Shown in pieces: positions 1 through 8,746 of a DNA stretch of 64,000 nucleotides. The stretch lies in contig JBGOWI010000001.1 in the NCBI GenBank assembly GCA_041478555.1, positions 42,073-106,072 on the forward strand. The letters run 5' to 3'. The stretch comes from Phycisphaerae bacterium (lineage in GTDB: Bacteria; Planctomycetota; Phycisphaerae; Sedimentisphaerales; UBA12454). The position numbers were made by a program, and so were the translations under genes. Numbering within the stretch: position 1 is the stretch's first letter; each line of letters starts with the position of its first letter. The notes under the pieces were generated by a model. That model was not told where the DNA came from, ran no database searches, and saw only the letters and a program-made list of their open reading frames with translations.

Positions 1-933
1 GCGCTTCTGTTAGGTATTCTTGCACCTGCTCTCCGTATGGTGCGCAGGATTGCCAAGGATATAGGACAAAGAGCGCAGTTTCACAGTATTGATGTTGGGC
101 TGGAAACCTACTCCGGCGAAACGGAGCAGTATCCCGATTCCACTATTCGGCCCTCTACAGATGGCGAACCGGATAACGCTCCTTTTACTGTAGGCGCTCA
201 TCATCTGGCCGAAGCCCTTGTCGGCAGGGATATGCTCGGTTTTGACCCGTGGACTACCTGGGACTCGGAAAAAGATGACACAATCGGCGAATATAAAAAT
301 ATCTATGCCAGCAAAGATCCCCCGAAGTCTTCCACTGATGACCAGATTACCAAAAGCCTTGACCGCAGGAAGGGCCCCTATTTAAGTTCTGACAGTGTCG
401 AAGCTTATCAGATTGCTCAATTATATACCGACACCACCATTAAAACTGGCGATGTCTACCCCGGCAATCTTGACAAAACCGCTGTCCCAAGCACGACTTA
501 CTCTCCTGCCCCTGTGCTTACCGATTCCTATCGTGTAAAGACAATATCCCTGCCGAACGGCAAACAGGCAAAAGCCGGCTCGCCGATTCTTTATTACAGG
601 GCAAACATTACGTCAAGGGAGTTTCGCAATTCTACGTTGCCGGTACCAGGAACCATTTCGGATCCTTGTGCTGCGGCGAGTATCTTCAATAGTTTTGATA
701 ATGAGAAATTGCTCGCGCTGGGCACCATAATGGACCAGAACAAAAAGCATCATTTTGATAAGAATTACACTTCCGGATCAATTACAGGACGTGAGCTTTT
801 TTATGATGCGATTACAAATCCCACGATTACAACTCAGGTAAGACCCTACAACCAGACAAGCTACATACTTGTTTCAGCCGGTTTCGACGGCATATTCGGA
901 ACGCCGGACGATATTTACAATTTTAGTCAGTAA
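1..933 (+). CDS. pseudopilin-like protein, 5' end outside window (paralog of the next gene)
   Basis: Frame 1 is open from base 1. ALLLGILAPALRMV is the tail of a prepilin hydrophobic helix. The C-terminal LVSAGFDGIFGTPDDIYNF mirrors LISAGNDGLYGTKDDICNF of the next ORF. Stop TAA at 931-933. Confidence 0.65.
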   Translation, partial: ALLLGILAPALRMVRRIAKDIGQRAQFHSIDVGLETYSGETEQYPDSTIRPSTDGEPDNAPFTVGAHHLAEALVGRDMLGFDPWTTWDSEKDDTIGEYKNIYASKDPPKSSTDDQITKSLDRRKGPYLSSDSVEAYQIAQLYTDTTIKTGDVYPGNLDKTAVPSTTYSPAPVLTDSYRVKTISLPNGKQAKAGSPILYYRANITSREFRNSTLPVPGTISDPCAAASIFNSFDNEKLLALGTIMDQNKKHHFDKNYTSGSITGRELFYDAITNPTITTQVRPYNQTSYILVSAGFDGIFGTPDDIYNFSQ

Positions 934-942
934 ACGTAGCCA

Positions 943-975
943 CCCCCTCCGCTTCTTGTGAAGCAAGAAAGGGGG
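943..975. repeat. hairpin repeat CCCCCTCYGCT..GAAGCAAGARAGGGGG (copy 1), probable terminator
   Basis: CCCCCTCCGCTTCTTGTGAAGCAAGAAAGGGGG lies directly after the stop at 933. A near-identical copy is at 60226-60260. Confidence 0.6.
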
Positions 976-1010
976 TGTCCTGGTGGCTAAAAATTGAAAA
1001 GGGTGGAAAA

Positions 1011-2036
1011 ATGAAGACCGACAGGTACAAAGCGTTTACCCCGTTAGAGAAAACCACCAATTCTAATCTGCGCTCATTACTGCCAAAAGAAGAAAGTGGT
1101 TTAAGGCTGCCGCTATCACTCCGAGGTTCTCTAACGGGGTTTACATTGCCGGAGCTTTTGACGGTGATTGCGATAATCGTAATTCTTATAGGGATTCTTA
1201 TGCCGGCCTTGGCTCAGGTAAAAAAGCTGGCAAAGGAAACCAAGCAGAAGGCACAACTCGGCAGTATCGACGTTGGCGTAACCCTCTACAAAAACGATTT
1301 CGGCGAATACCCGCCGTCGCACGGCTCAAATGCCCCGGCTGACAGTGATTGTTTTCCCTACTGTGGCGCCCAGACGCTTGCAGAGGCTATGTTCGGCCAG
1401 GACCTGCTTGGTTATAGTACGGATTCAAATTACACGAATGAAGGTATAAACAACACCATCCCCCAAACACCCATAGACAGACATTATGTCTATCCCGGGA
1501 TGACTGATGTACAGAGGGATGCGAGTCTGCATAGACGTAAAGACCCTTATCTTGACAGGACAAATATCGGTGTTTTTGACCCTTGCCAGATATTTAATCG
1601 AAACACTTATCCTTACCATTTGGTATCGGACAGATATGTAATTTGTGATGTCTTTACCGCTGTAAACAGAGAAATCAATGGAAAAACATATAAAATCGGC
1701 ACACCTGTCCTGTATTTCAGGGCAAACCCTTCTCCGGTAAATCCGGAGCTTATCCCATACCTTCCTACCGATTTCTCGGCTAACCATGAAATGAACATCT
1801 ATAACTACAGGGATAATTATTTTCTTATTATGCTCAAAAGCATAGCCGACGGAAAAGACCATCCGCTTAATGGCACGTTTTACGGTTTTATCGGAGACCC
1901 GATGATTCTGAGAATAGACGCGGCAACTTGCGGAAGGCCTGTTCGGCCGGACTCGTTTCTTTTGATTTCCGCAGGCAATGACGGTTTATACGGCACAAAA
2001 GACGATATTTGTAATTTTAACCCTAATCTCCCGTGA
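1011..2036 (+). CDS. prepilin-type N-terminal cleavage/methylation domain protein (T2SS / type IV pilin-like pseudopilin)
   Basis: Track ORF 975..2036, with an ATG at 1011 behind GGTGGA. Class III signal motif G|FTLPELLTVIAIIVILIGILMPAL with Glu at +5. C-terminal SAGNDGLYGTKDD motif. The leader is unusually long, about 44 aa. Confidence 0.75.
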   Translation: MKTDRYKAFTPLEKTTNSNLRSLLPKEESGLRLPLSLRGSLTGFTLPELLTVIAIIVILIGILMPALAQVKKLAKETKQKAQLGSIDVGVTLYKNDFGEYPPSHGSNAPADSDCFPYCGAQTLAEAMFGQDLLGYSTDSNYTNEGINNTIPQTPIDRHYVYPGMTDVQRDASLHRRKDPYLDRTNIGVFDPCQIFNRNTYPYHLVSDRYVICDVFTAVNREINGKTYKIGTPVLYFRANPSPVNPELIPYLPTDFSANHEMNIYNYRDNYFLIMLKSIADGKDHPLNGTFYGFIGDPMILRIDAATCGRPVRPDSFLLISAGNDGLYGTKDDICNFNPNLP

Positions 2037-2057
2037 TGCGATTTGTTATTTTTGACA

Positions 2058-2666
2058 ATGAAAAGAAAACAAAACAAGAACGGCCTGACGCTCGTGGAGA
2101 TTCTGGTCGCTGTCCTGATAATAGCGATTCTGGCGGCAGGGCTGTATTCTGTCAGCAATTATCTTGAAACACAATCCAAAATAAAACTTACCAAATCGAC
2201 AATCGAAATTCTCTGCACCGCACTTGAGCAGTATCGCGATTTCTACGGCAAATTCCCTTTCGAGGCTGGTATAGATTATGGCCGAAACCAACTTCAGTCA
2301 AATGAGGCTAATGGTCTTAATGGTAATGTTTCAGATAACAAATGTGCCGATTTTATTGCCCCGGACTATAACGACATATATTCCTCAAGTGAGGCGTTGT
2401 ATTATTTTTTGAATCAGTTCCCGGCCGGCAAAAAGATTGTCGATTCCATAAATCGTTCGCTGCTTACCAATAAGGGCGAGAAGGGCAAAGAATATTTTAT
2501 CAGGCTTAATGTTGATATGAAGTGTTATCCGCTGATACATATTATTGACCCGTGGAAATATCCGTTAAGGTATACATACGAGCAAGGCGATAATTTTCCG
2601 CTTGTTATATCTGCCGGGCCGGACAAGGATTTTAATGAACCCACTGATAATATCAGCAGCCGTTAG
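2058..2666 (+). CDS. GspG-like major pseudopilin
   Basis: ATG at 2058 gives MKRKQNKNG|LTLVEILVAVLIIAILAAGLY (prepilin motif, Glu +5). C-terminal VISAGPDKDFNEPTDNI resembles the GspG C-terminus. Confidence 0.75.
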   Translation: MKRKQNKNGLTLVEILVAVLIIAILAAGLYSVSNYLETQSKIKLTKSTIEILCTALEQYRDFYGKFPFEAGIDYGRNQLQSNEANGLNGNVSDNKCADFIAPDYNDIYSSSEALYYFLNQFPAGKKIVDSINRSLLTNKGEKGKEYFIRLNVDMKCYPLIHIIDPWKYPLRYTYEQGDNFPLVISAGPDKDFNEPTDNISSR

Positions 2667-2710
2667 CCACAAAGGCACTCCGTTAGGAGTCCCAAGGACG
2701 AAGGCACAAA
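2666..2710. repeat. GCCAC-type 8-9 nt periodic intergenic repeat
   Basis: GCCACAAAGGCAC...GAAGGCACAAA lies directly after the stop at 2664-2666. Related copies are at 3719-3776, 4593-4662, 8589-8613, 59870-59886 and 60107-60131. Confidence 0.6.
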
Positions 2711-2763
2711 TAAAAAGGAAGTAGGGAAATAAGGAAGAAATTAAAATAATCGGTGTAATCCGT

Positions 2764-2794
2764 CCGCCGAAGGCGAGACCTCGCCAAATGGCGG
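2764..2794. repeat. hairpin repeat CCGCCGAAGGCGAG..CTCGCCAAATGGCGG (copy 1)
   Basis: Imperfect palindrome. A second copy in opposite orientation is at 19952-19982. It is followed by TCTGTGGTTAAAAAAAATG, which runs into the start codon at 2817. Confidence 0.6.
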
Positions 2795-2816
2795 GTGAAA
2801 TCTGTGGTTAAAAAAA

Positions 2817-3686
2817 ATGAGGTCTGCGGTTAAAAAAAAACGAAGACAAAAACGCAAGAGCGCATTTTCCCTTATCGAAGTGCTTGTTGTGATTGTGATA
2901 ATCGCAATGCTTGTCGCTCTTGCGATACCCGGCATAAACGCAATGCAGAAGTCTTTTAACTCTACCGGCGCAGAAGGGATGATTAGCGCAGCCCTTGCAA
3001 CCGCAAGAACACTTGCGATGAGCCATCAGCAATACGCCGGCGTTAGATTCCAAAAGATTTATGATAAAAAAGGTCCCCTTGAAGCCAATCAGTATATGGT
3101 TTTTATTATCTATGATGAGGATAAGTCAGGTCTTACCTGCGGCTTTATTGCTGTAGAAGGTTATAAACCCGTAAAACTGCCGGAAAATGTCGGCGTATTC
3201 GATTTGAAGGTAAGAAGATATACTGTTAGCTCAAATCCAAGAGATTGCGGTTCCTCAATAAATGAAGGAGATTTACTTGTAGGTGATCTCGATGACTCTG
3301 TTGCTGCGAATCTTGACCCCGATAATAACAATAGGAACATTACCGATATTTCCACTTTTTCAATTGTTTTTTCTCCTTCAGGCAAACTCGTGTCTCACGA
3401 AATAAGATGCAGAAATAAAAACGCCGCAAGCCGTAGTAATGACAGCAGCAACGATGATATTTTTAATACGAAAAATAATGTTGAGAAAAAGCCGCCTGTA
3501 GGAATGTTCATACAGGATGATTTTGATGATTACGGAATAGGCGTTGAGACGAGTCGAACGAAGTTTGTCATATATGACCGAGCCAAGTTCGAAAAAATGG
3601 CGGCAACAGGCAATCAGAGATGGAATTATCTGAGTGAGCTTAAGTCCATATATGTAAATCCCTACACCGGCGAGATTATTAAGTGA
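2817..3686 (+). CDS. prepilin-type pseudopilin (GspH-like position)
   Basis: MRSAVKKKRRQKRKSA|FSLIEVLVVIVIIAMLVALAIPG has a prepilin cleavage/methylation motif with Glu +5. It sits fourth in the pseudopilin operon. Confidence 0.7.
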   Translation: MRSAVKKKRRQKRKSAFSLIEVLVVIVIIAMLVALAIPGINAMQKSFNSTGAEGMISAALATARTLAMSHQQYAGVRFQKIYDKKGPLEANQYMVFIIYDEDKSGLTCGFIAVEGYKPVKLPENVGVFDLKVRRYTVSSNPRDCGSSINEGDLLVGDLDDSVAANLDPDNNNRNITDISTFSIVFSPSGKLVSHEIRCRNKNAASRSNDSSNDDIFNTKNNVEKKPPVGMFIQDDFDDYGIGVETSRTKFVIYDRAKFEKMAATGNQRWNYLSELKSIYVNPYTGEIIK

Positions 3687-3718
3687 AAAGTTAAAAGTGA
3701 AAAATAAAAAGAAATTAT

Positions 3719-3776
3719 CTCTGTGTTCTCGGTGAGCTCTGTGGCTAAATAAAAAATTATGAACTCTGTGGCTAAA
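3719..3776. repeat. GCCAC-type repeat (reverse orientation), two CTCTGTGGCTAAA units
   Basis: CTCTGTGTTCTCGGTGAGCTCTGTGGCTAAAT, then CTCTGTGGCTAAAAAT. The second unit encodes codons 2-7 (NSVAKN) of the next ORF. Confidence 0.6.
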
Positions 3777-4589
3777 AATAGCGGTTTCTCTTTAACTGAA
3801 GTCTTAATGGCTGTGGGCATACTGTCTATTGGGATGATGCTTATAGCGACGATGTTTCCTGTCGGCATTTATCTAACGAGTGTTGCGTAAGAAAGGACAA
3901 TGGCTGCGATTGTCGCCGATGAGGCCTTTGCAAAGATTCAGCTTTACGGCTTTGAAAATCCTTCCGATTCATCGTTTTATCAGTGGACTTTCGATTATGA
4001 ACAGGCCCATAATGACCCGTGTCTCGGCAGCAATCCACGTTTGCCCGGCAGCTACGATTTATTTCCTGATATTAACGAAATCGACCACAGCGAATTTTCA
4101 TATCCTTCTGTTGACCCTGCGATGGGCAATCGCCAGTATTACTGGTCGGCCCTGTGTAAAAAACTGAATTCCGACCCGTGCGACACGCAGTATCAGGTAA
4201 CTGTTTTTGTGGCGAGAAAGACATCGCCGAATCTTACATACTACTGGCATGACCCATACTGCTGCTATGACCCCAATTCATCCAGCAGGCCCAGAGTTAT
4301 TGATGTGAATGTGGAGGGCTCGCCGAGCGGACTGGACAAGCTGAAAATTTCGGAACCAAACAAGGCAAAATATGTCAATCCATCGACAACGATATTCGAT
4401 ACCGGGACAGGCCAGCTGTACCGTGTTGCGGATAAGATTGGGATTGGTAATGTTGACGCGAATATTGTTACGCTTGATAGAAACTGGGACGCGACTCCGC
4501 TGCAGCGTCCTGTCTGGCTTATTCCGCCGCCTGAAACCGGCGGGAAAAATGCCGATATTGAGGTCTTTCAAAGAATAATAAGATTTTAA
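3759..4589 (+). pseudogene. GspI-like minor pseudopilin interrupted by an in-frame TAA at 3888-3890
   Basis: ATG 3759 gives MNSVAKNSG|FSLTEVLMAVGILSIGMMLIATMFPVGIYLTSVA, then a stop. The same frame continues ERT-MAAIVADEAFAKIQLYGF into track ORF 3900..4589. Both start positions are divisible by 3, so the pieces share a frame. Confidence 0.7.
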
Positions 4590-4592
4590 GGA

Positions 4593-4662
4593 GCCACGAA
4601 GACACCAAGACACTAAGTTTTTTTAATTACATCTTTTCTTTGTGCCTTGGTGGCTAAAAAAA
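4593..4662. repeat. GCCAC-type imperfect inverted repeat running into a start codon
   Basis: GCCACGAAGACACCAAGACACTAAG ... CTTTGTGCCTTGGTGGCTAAAAAAAAATG. The two arms are imperfect reverse complements. It sits between the stop at 4589 and the ATG at 4664. Confidence 0.6.
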
Positions 4663-4663
4663 A

Positions 4664-5707
4664 ATGAGAAAAGGATTTACAATATCGGAGCTTTTGGTTG
4701 CGATTGGCCTGCTTGCGGCTGTGCTTGCGGCGTCAACGATGATTTTTCATTATTCGATAGATGCTCAAAGAACCGCCGGGGCAACTGCCGAAATTATGCG
4801 AAAGCTTCGGACAATTACCGACCAGCTTAACGCCGACTTTGCAGGTCTGCGAAAAGATGGAGAGATTTTCGTTGTCTGGACAGCTGAACCTGACTCGTAT
4901 GAGAGATTTGACAGGATAATGTTTTTTGCCAATGGCGACTTTCAATCCTATGGGACCCCTGTGATTCGCGGCAACCTTGCGAGGATTAGTTATATGCTGG
5001 CAAAAAGAGATAATGTGAGGGCCCCCTCGCAAGCCCCACAGAAGCGAATACTTGCGAGGACTCAACATATTATTACATCTGCTACATCTGCACTTCCTGA
5101 CCATGGCCTTTTAAACATTGGTTCACTTACTCCGGCTAACCTTAACACATGGCACAACATTTATGAGTACGACACGATATCTTTGGAAGGGTGGAAGAAT
5201 ATTCCGTGGTGGCCGGACAAAGCGGAAATACTCGCAGCTATTACCGATGTAAGAACCGACAGTCTCGTTGGGGACGACTACCTAATTGGGGCAACGGTTA
5301 ATCACGCAGACCCGAATTCGGTTCACATGCTTTTATGTGAGGGTGTGGGAGAGTTCAAGGTTCAGGGCTGGTATGCTGCTAAGAAACGATGGGTGCCGGA
5401 AGTTGACCCTGACGGGGACGGGGATTTAACGGATTCGGATTTCTTTATAATACCTGGTGATGGGATTGACCCTGTTCAAGCCCCCGGAGTATTGTATCCT
5501 TATCCACCTGAATACGGGATGGTAAGTCTTGGGGATGGATGGAAGGTATCCGAGAATAACTATTTTCGAGAACTGTTGAATGAAGCGAATTTTGATTCTA
5601 TTCCTGGGCTTGGACGGGCGCTGAAGTTCACCTTTACATTATATGACTCCAAAGGCATCATTAAAGGCGGCAGAAGGTTTGAGCATATTGTTTATATTGG
5701 AAATTAA
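4664..5707 (+). CDS. prepilin-type pseudopilin (GspJ-like position)
   Basis: MRKG|FTISELLVAIGLLAAVLAASTMIF has a prepilin motif with Glu +5. A 347-aa globular body follows. Confidence 0.7.
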   Translation: MRKGFTISELLVAIGLLAAVLAASTMIFHYSIDAQRTAGATAEIMRKLRTITDQLNADFAGLRKDGEIFVVWTAEPDSYERFDRIMFFANGDFQSYGTPVIRGNLARISYMLAKRDNVRAPSQAPQKRILARTQHIITSATSALPDHGLLNIGSLTPANLNTWHNIYEYDTISLEGWKNIPWWPDKAEILAAITDVRTDSLVGDDYLIGATVNHADPNSVHMLLCEGVGEFKVQGWYAAKKRWVPEVDPDGDGDLTDSDFFIIPGDGIDPVQAPGVLYPYPPEYGMVSLGDGWKVSENNYFRELLNEANFDSIPGLGRALKFTFTLYDSKGIIKGGRRFEHIVYIGN

Positions 5708-5712
5708 TAAGG

Positions 5713-5857
5713 AAATCCGAAGCACGAAATCCTAAATACGAAACAAATACAAAATTCTAATTTTCAAATGTTCAAAACGACAAACGTATAAGTTTCAGTC
5801 ATTGGGATTTCGGTAATTCGAATTTGTTTCGGATTTCGATATTAGGATTTCGGATTT
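5713..5857. repeat. ATTTCGG-rich long hairpin element (copy 1), REP/MITE-like
   Basis: The left arm AAATCCGAAGCACGAAATCCTAAATACGAAACAAAT is an imperfect reverse complement of the right arm GAATTTGTTTCGGATTTCGATATTAGGATTTCGGATTT. The core AAATGTTCAAAAC is shared with the copy at 8638-8746. Confidence 0.65.
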
Positions 5858-5893
5858 TGCGATAGCAGGCTCCTCTTAAAGGACGGTGAGGAT

Positions 5894-8569
5894 ATGAAAG
5901 AAAAAAGAAAGATGCAAATTGAGCAAGGTAAGGCTGGCTCGGCTCTTATAATGACGGTGGTTCTGACTGTGCTGCTTTCGATAATTGCCGTGATGTTTGT
6001 GGCTGTCGCCCGGATGGATATGGCTTCTACGAGCAATATCGCAGACAACAAAATGCTCGATTCAGCGGTTAAATCTATTGTCGAGATTATCAATAGACAG
6101 CTTGTTCTCGACACGCCTGGCGTAGCAGTACCGACGCAGGAATACTATGATTATCCCGATTCTTTAAACGGCTGGCTCGCAAATCTTGAACCGTACCTTT
6201 ATGATGATAAGGGAACACCTGATACAAATGATGATATTTATTATTGGCGGCAAATCAGCGATGTAACAGGATATCTGTCGGGAAGGAAATTTGCTATAAG
6301 AGATGTTAGTGTGGACCCGCCGGGCAATGCAAAGGTTGTGAAAGAATATCCTGAAATCATATTGGATGCAAATGGCGAGCCGAATGCTGGTAAACTGGAT
6401 GATGGCAGGCTTAACAATGAGTATAGAGGGCAGGTAGCCGATGCTGATGGAGACGGTATCCTTGATTCAAAGTGGTTTGAACTGAAAAATATGCGTACGT
6501 CCAAGGGCAAACCGATTTATGCTGCCGTCAGAGTCATAGACAACGGCGGGATGGTTAATATTAATACCGCTTACTCATTCGACGCCGATGATGCAAACGC
6601 AAATGAAATTGACGGCTCAAGTCAGATGCAGGTAAATCTTAGAGGACTTTTGAAAGGAAGCGACACAATCAGCAAACTACACGAGGCCCGCCGCGGCAGC
6701 GGAGACCCGAACTGGGATAGTTTCAGTCGTAAGGTTATCTGGAATTATGGCGTCCCGGACGGCAATTATCTTCCCTTTGATATATCTGATGAACTTGAAC
6801 TAAGGTACAGGTATTGTATAGATGGCAAAATTATTTCACGATTCGAAGTAAATGACCCGTGTACTGTTAAAGGTGCCGGCACAGCAAATTTTGGCAACTT
6901 GTATGATGGTAGTACGACAGATGGCGATAACCCTTGGGCTTCCAATTGGCGTCTGAGTGACTGGCAGCACAGGATTACGGACCCCTGTTATCCCCATGCC
7001 GACCGCAGGCATTTGCTGACGGCTTTGAATCTCGACAGGATTATCGACCCCGATGGTGGTAAGATGACTAATATAAATGACGCTGATGTTAATAATTTAT
7101 ACAGTAGTATTCGCAGAGGTCTTTTTGATGCTAATCCTGCTTATCCAGATGTCAATGGAGTAGCTGCTCAAATCGCAGTCAATATAATTGATTATCGGGA
7201 CAATGATTCAAATGTTACTGCCATTGATGTGAATGGTGTTACTTATTACGGTTTTGAGCGGCCCTGCATTTATATATCAGAACTGGCATGTGATATTAAC
7301 GTAGATGGGCCTCACAGGTCTTACGCAGTTGAGCTTTATAAGCCTTATCCTGAAGATGGTGACCCTAATGGATGGAAGCTTTTTATTGATAGTGACCAAT
7401 ATGATGTTAACTGGTCGGGGACAAAGCAATTCTGTATTATGGCGTGGCAGGATTTGAGTTGTCCAAATTGTCCATTGACAATTATTGATTATAATAATGC
7501 TTCAGTCCAGGTATTTGATAATTCTGTTGCTCAGAAGGTGGTATTTAACACGGTAAGTGGGTCCGCCGATAGTATCGTTTCATTGGTGCGTGATGTTTGT
7601 GGTGTTAATGTTGTAGTAGATTCTCATATTATTCCCAAAGACCAGTTTCCGGAAGATAGTAGTGAACACAGTATCCAAAGAGATATTGCGAAACATAAAT
7701 GCATACGGCGTCGTTTGTGGGCAAGTGCTGCCGAGGCGAATACTCCGACGCTTGGGAGTGTGAATAACTACATCAGCCCAGACGCGAATTTAATTCAGGC
7801 ACATCCGGCAAACAGCGATTTTAATAATATCGGCCAGATAGGAATGGTTTTCCGCAAAGCGGCTTATTATAAATATGGAGACTTGCCGACCGATGTAATC
7901 GGCTATGGCGTTAATAAAACAGAACCTGACGTTCGTCTGAATCTGGCTGACCCAGATTTTCAGCAAGTTTTCAAATACCTGACCGTTATCGACCCGTACA
8001 ATTTTCATCCGACGGACCCCAATTATGCCGACGAGAGGAGGATTAAAGGCAGAATAAATATCAATACAGCGCCTGCGTATGTGCTGGCACAATTGCCGTG
8101 GGTTTCGCAGAGGAAAAATAACTACAATGATGCCAATCTCGCCAAAGCGATAATTGCTTATAGGGATAGAACCGCGGTGCCGAGCGGCGACCCTAATTAC
8201 AGTAATCGGCCGGGCGCTGCCGGTTTTGGAAGCATTGGCGAACTGTGCGATGTGTGTGATGTTAATATTAGCACTCTGAATTTCGGAATTGATTATTACA
8301 GTCGTGATGGTATAGACCAGACAGGATTTCCTGACCTGACCGGCAGTGATGGTGCGATAGATGATTTTGAGGAGCGCGATTTGATTTTCGCCCGAATCAG
8401 CGACCTTGTAACGGTTCGCAGCGATGTATTTACCGCTTATATACTGGTGCGAATCGGCACAGATGGTCCGCAGAAAAGGGTTATAACGATTCTCGACCGC
8501 AGCGGCGTAACGGCTGCCAATAACAGGGTTGCCATAAGAGCCTTCCAGCTTACGCCGGAAGCGAGGTAA
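5894..8569 (+). CDS. GspK-like pseudopilin, very large (891 aa)
   Basis: The N-terminal GSALIMTVVLTVLLSIIAVMFVAVARMDM is a non-methylated pilin-like helix, as in GspK. The C-terminal part carries GRININTAPAYVLAQLPWV (GspK-type INxNTA helix-hairpin-helix motif). It is last in the pseudopilin operon. Confidence 0.65.
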   Translation: MKEKRKMQIEQGKAGSALIMTVVLTVLLSIIAVMFVAVARMDMASTSNIADNKMLDSAVKSIVEIINRQLVLDTPGVAVPTQEYYDYPDSLNGWLANLEPYLYDDKGTPDTNDDIYYWRQISDVTGYLSGRKFAIRDVSVDPPGNAKVVKEYPEIILDANGEPNAGKLDDGRLNNEYRGQVADADGDGILDSKWFELKNMRTSKGKPIYAAVRVIDNGGMVNINTAYSFDADDANANEIDGSSQMQVNLRGLLKGSDTISKLHEARRGSGDPNWDSFSRKVIWNYGVPDGNYLPFDISDELELRYRYCIDGKIISRFEVNDPCTVKGAGTANFGNLYDGSTTDGDNPWASNWRLSDWQHRITDPCYPHADRRHLLTALNLDRIIDPDGGKMTNINDADVNNLYSSIRRGLFDANPAYPDVNGVAAQIAVNIIDYRDNDSNVTAIDVNGVTYYGFERPCIYISELACDINVDGPHRSYAVELYKPYPEDGDPNGWKLFIDSDQYDVNWSGTKQFCIMAWQDLSCPNCPLTIIDYNNASVQVFDNSVAQKVVFNTVSGSADSIVSLVRDVCGVNVVVDSHIIPKDQFPEDSSEHSIQRDIAKHKCIRRRLWASAAEANTPTLGSVNNYISPDANLIQAHPANSDFNNIGQIGMVFRKAAYYKYGDLPTDVIGYGVNKTEPDVRLNLADPDFQQVFKYLTVIDPYNFHPTDPNYADERRIKGRININTAPAYVLAQLPWVSQRKNNYNDANLAKAIIAYRDRTAVPSGDPNYSNRPGAAGFGSIGELCDVCDVNISTLNFGIDYYSRDGIDQTGFPDLTGSDGAIDDFEERDLIFARISDLVTVRSDVFTAYILVRIGTDGPQKRVITILDRSGVTAANNRVAIRAFQLTPEAR

Positions 8570-8588
8570 GAAGAAATTAAAAATTGTA

Positions 8589-8613
8589 GCCACAAAGGCA
8601 CAAAGGCACTAAG
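8589..8613. repeat. GCCAC-type 8-nt periodic repeat
   Basis: GCCACAAAGGCACAAAGGCACTAAG lies about 20 nt after the stop at 8567-8569. Confidence 0.6.
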
Positions 8614-8637
8614 AATATAGGAGTCAGAAGAGAAAAC

Positions 8638-8746
8638 TCGAAGCACGAAATCCGAAATACAAATGTTCAAAACAGTTTGTTTCGGTCATTTTGGAGTTTT
8701 GGTAATTCGGATTTGTTTCGGATTTCGATATTCGGATTTCGGATTT
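8638..8746. repeat. ATTTCGG-rich long hairpin element (copy 2)
   Basis: TCGAAGCACGAAATCCGAAATACAAATGTTCAAAAC ... GGTAATTCGGATTTGTTTCGGATTTCGATATTCGGATTTCGGATTT. It sits between convergent genes, and its right end overlaps the mcsB stop codon. Confidence 0.65.

Noticed and set aside
7790-8593. 267-aa minus-strand ORF
   Set aside because: It lies entirely antisense to the GspK-like gene, which carries the INxNTA motif in this region. It is a shadow ORF with no motifs.
2666-8625. CRISPR array
   Set aside because: The periodic GCCAC repeats are only 8-9 nt long, have no unique spacers of CRISPR size, and are scattered at gene boundaries. No cas genes are present.
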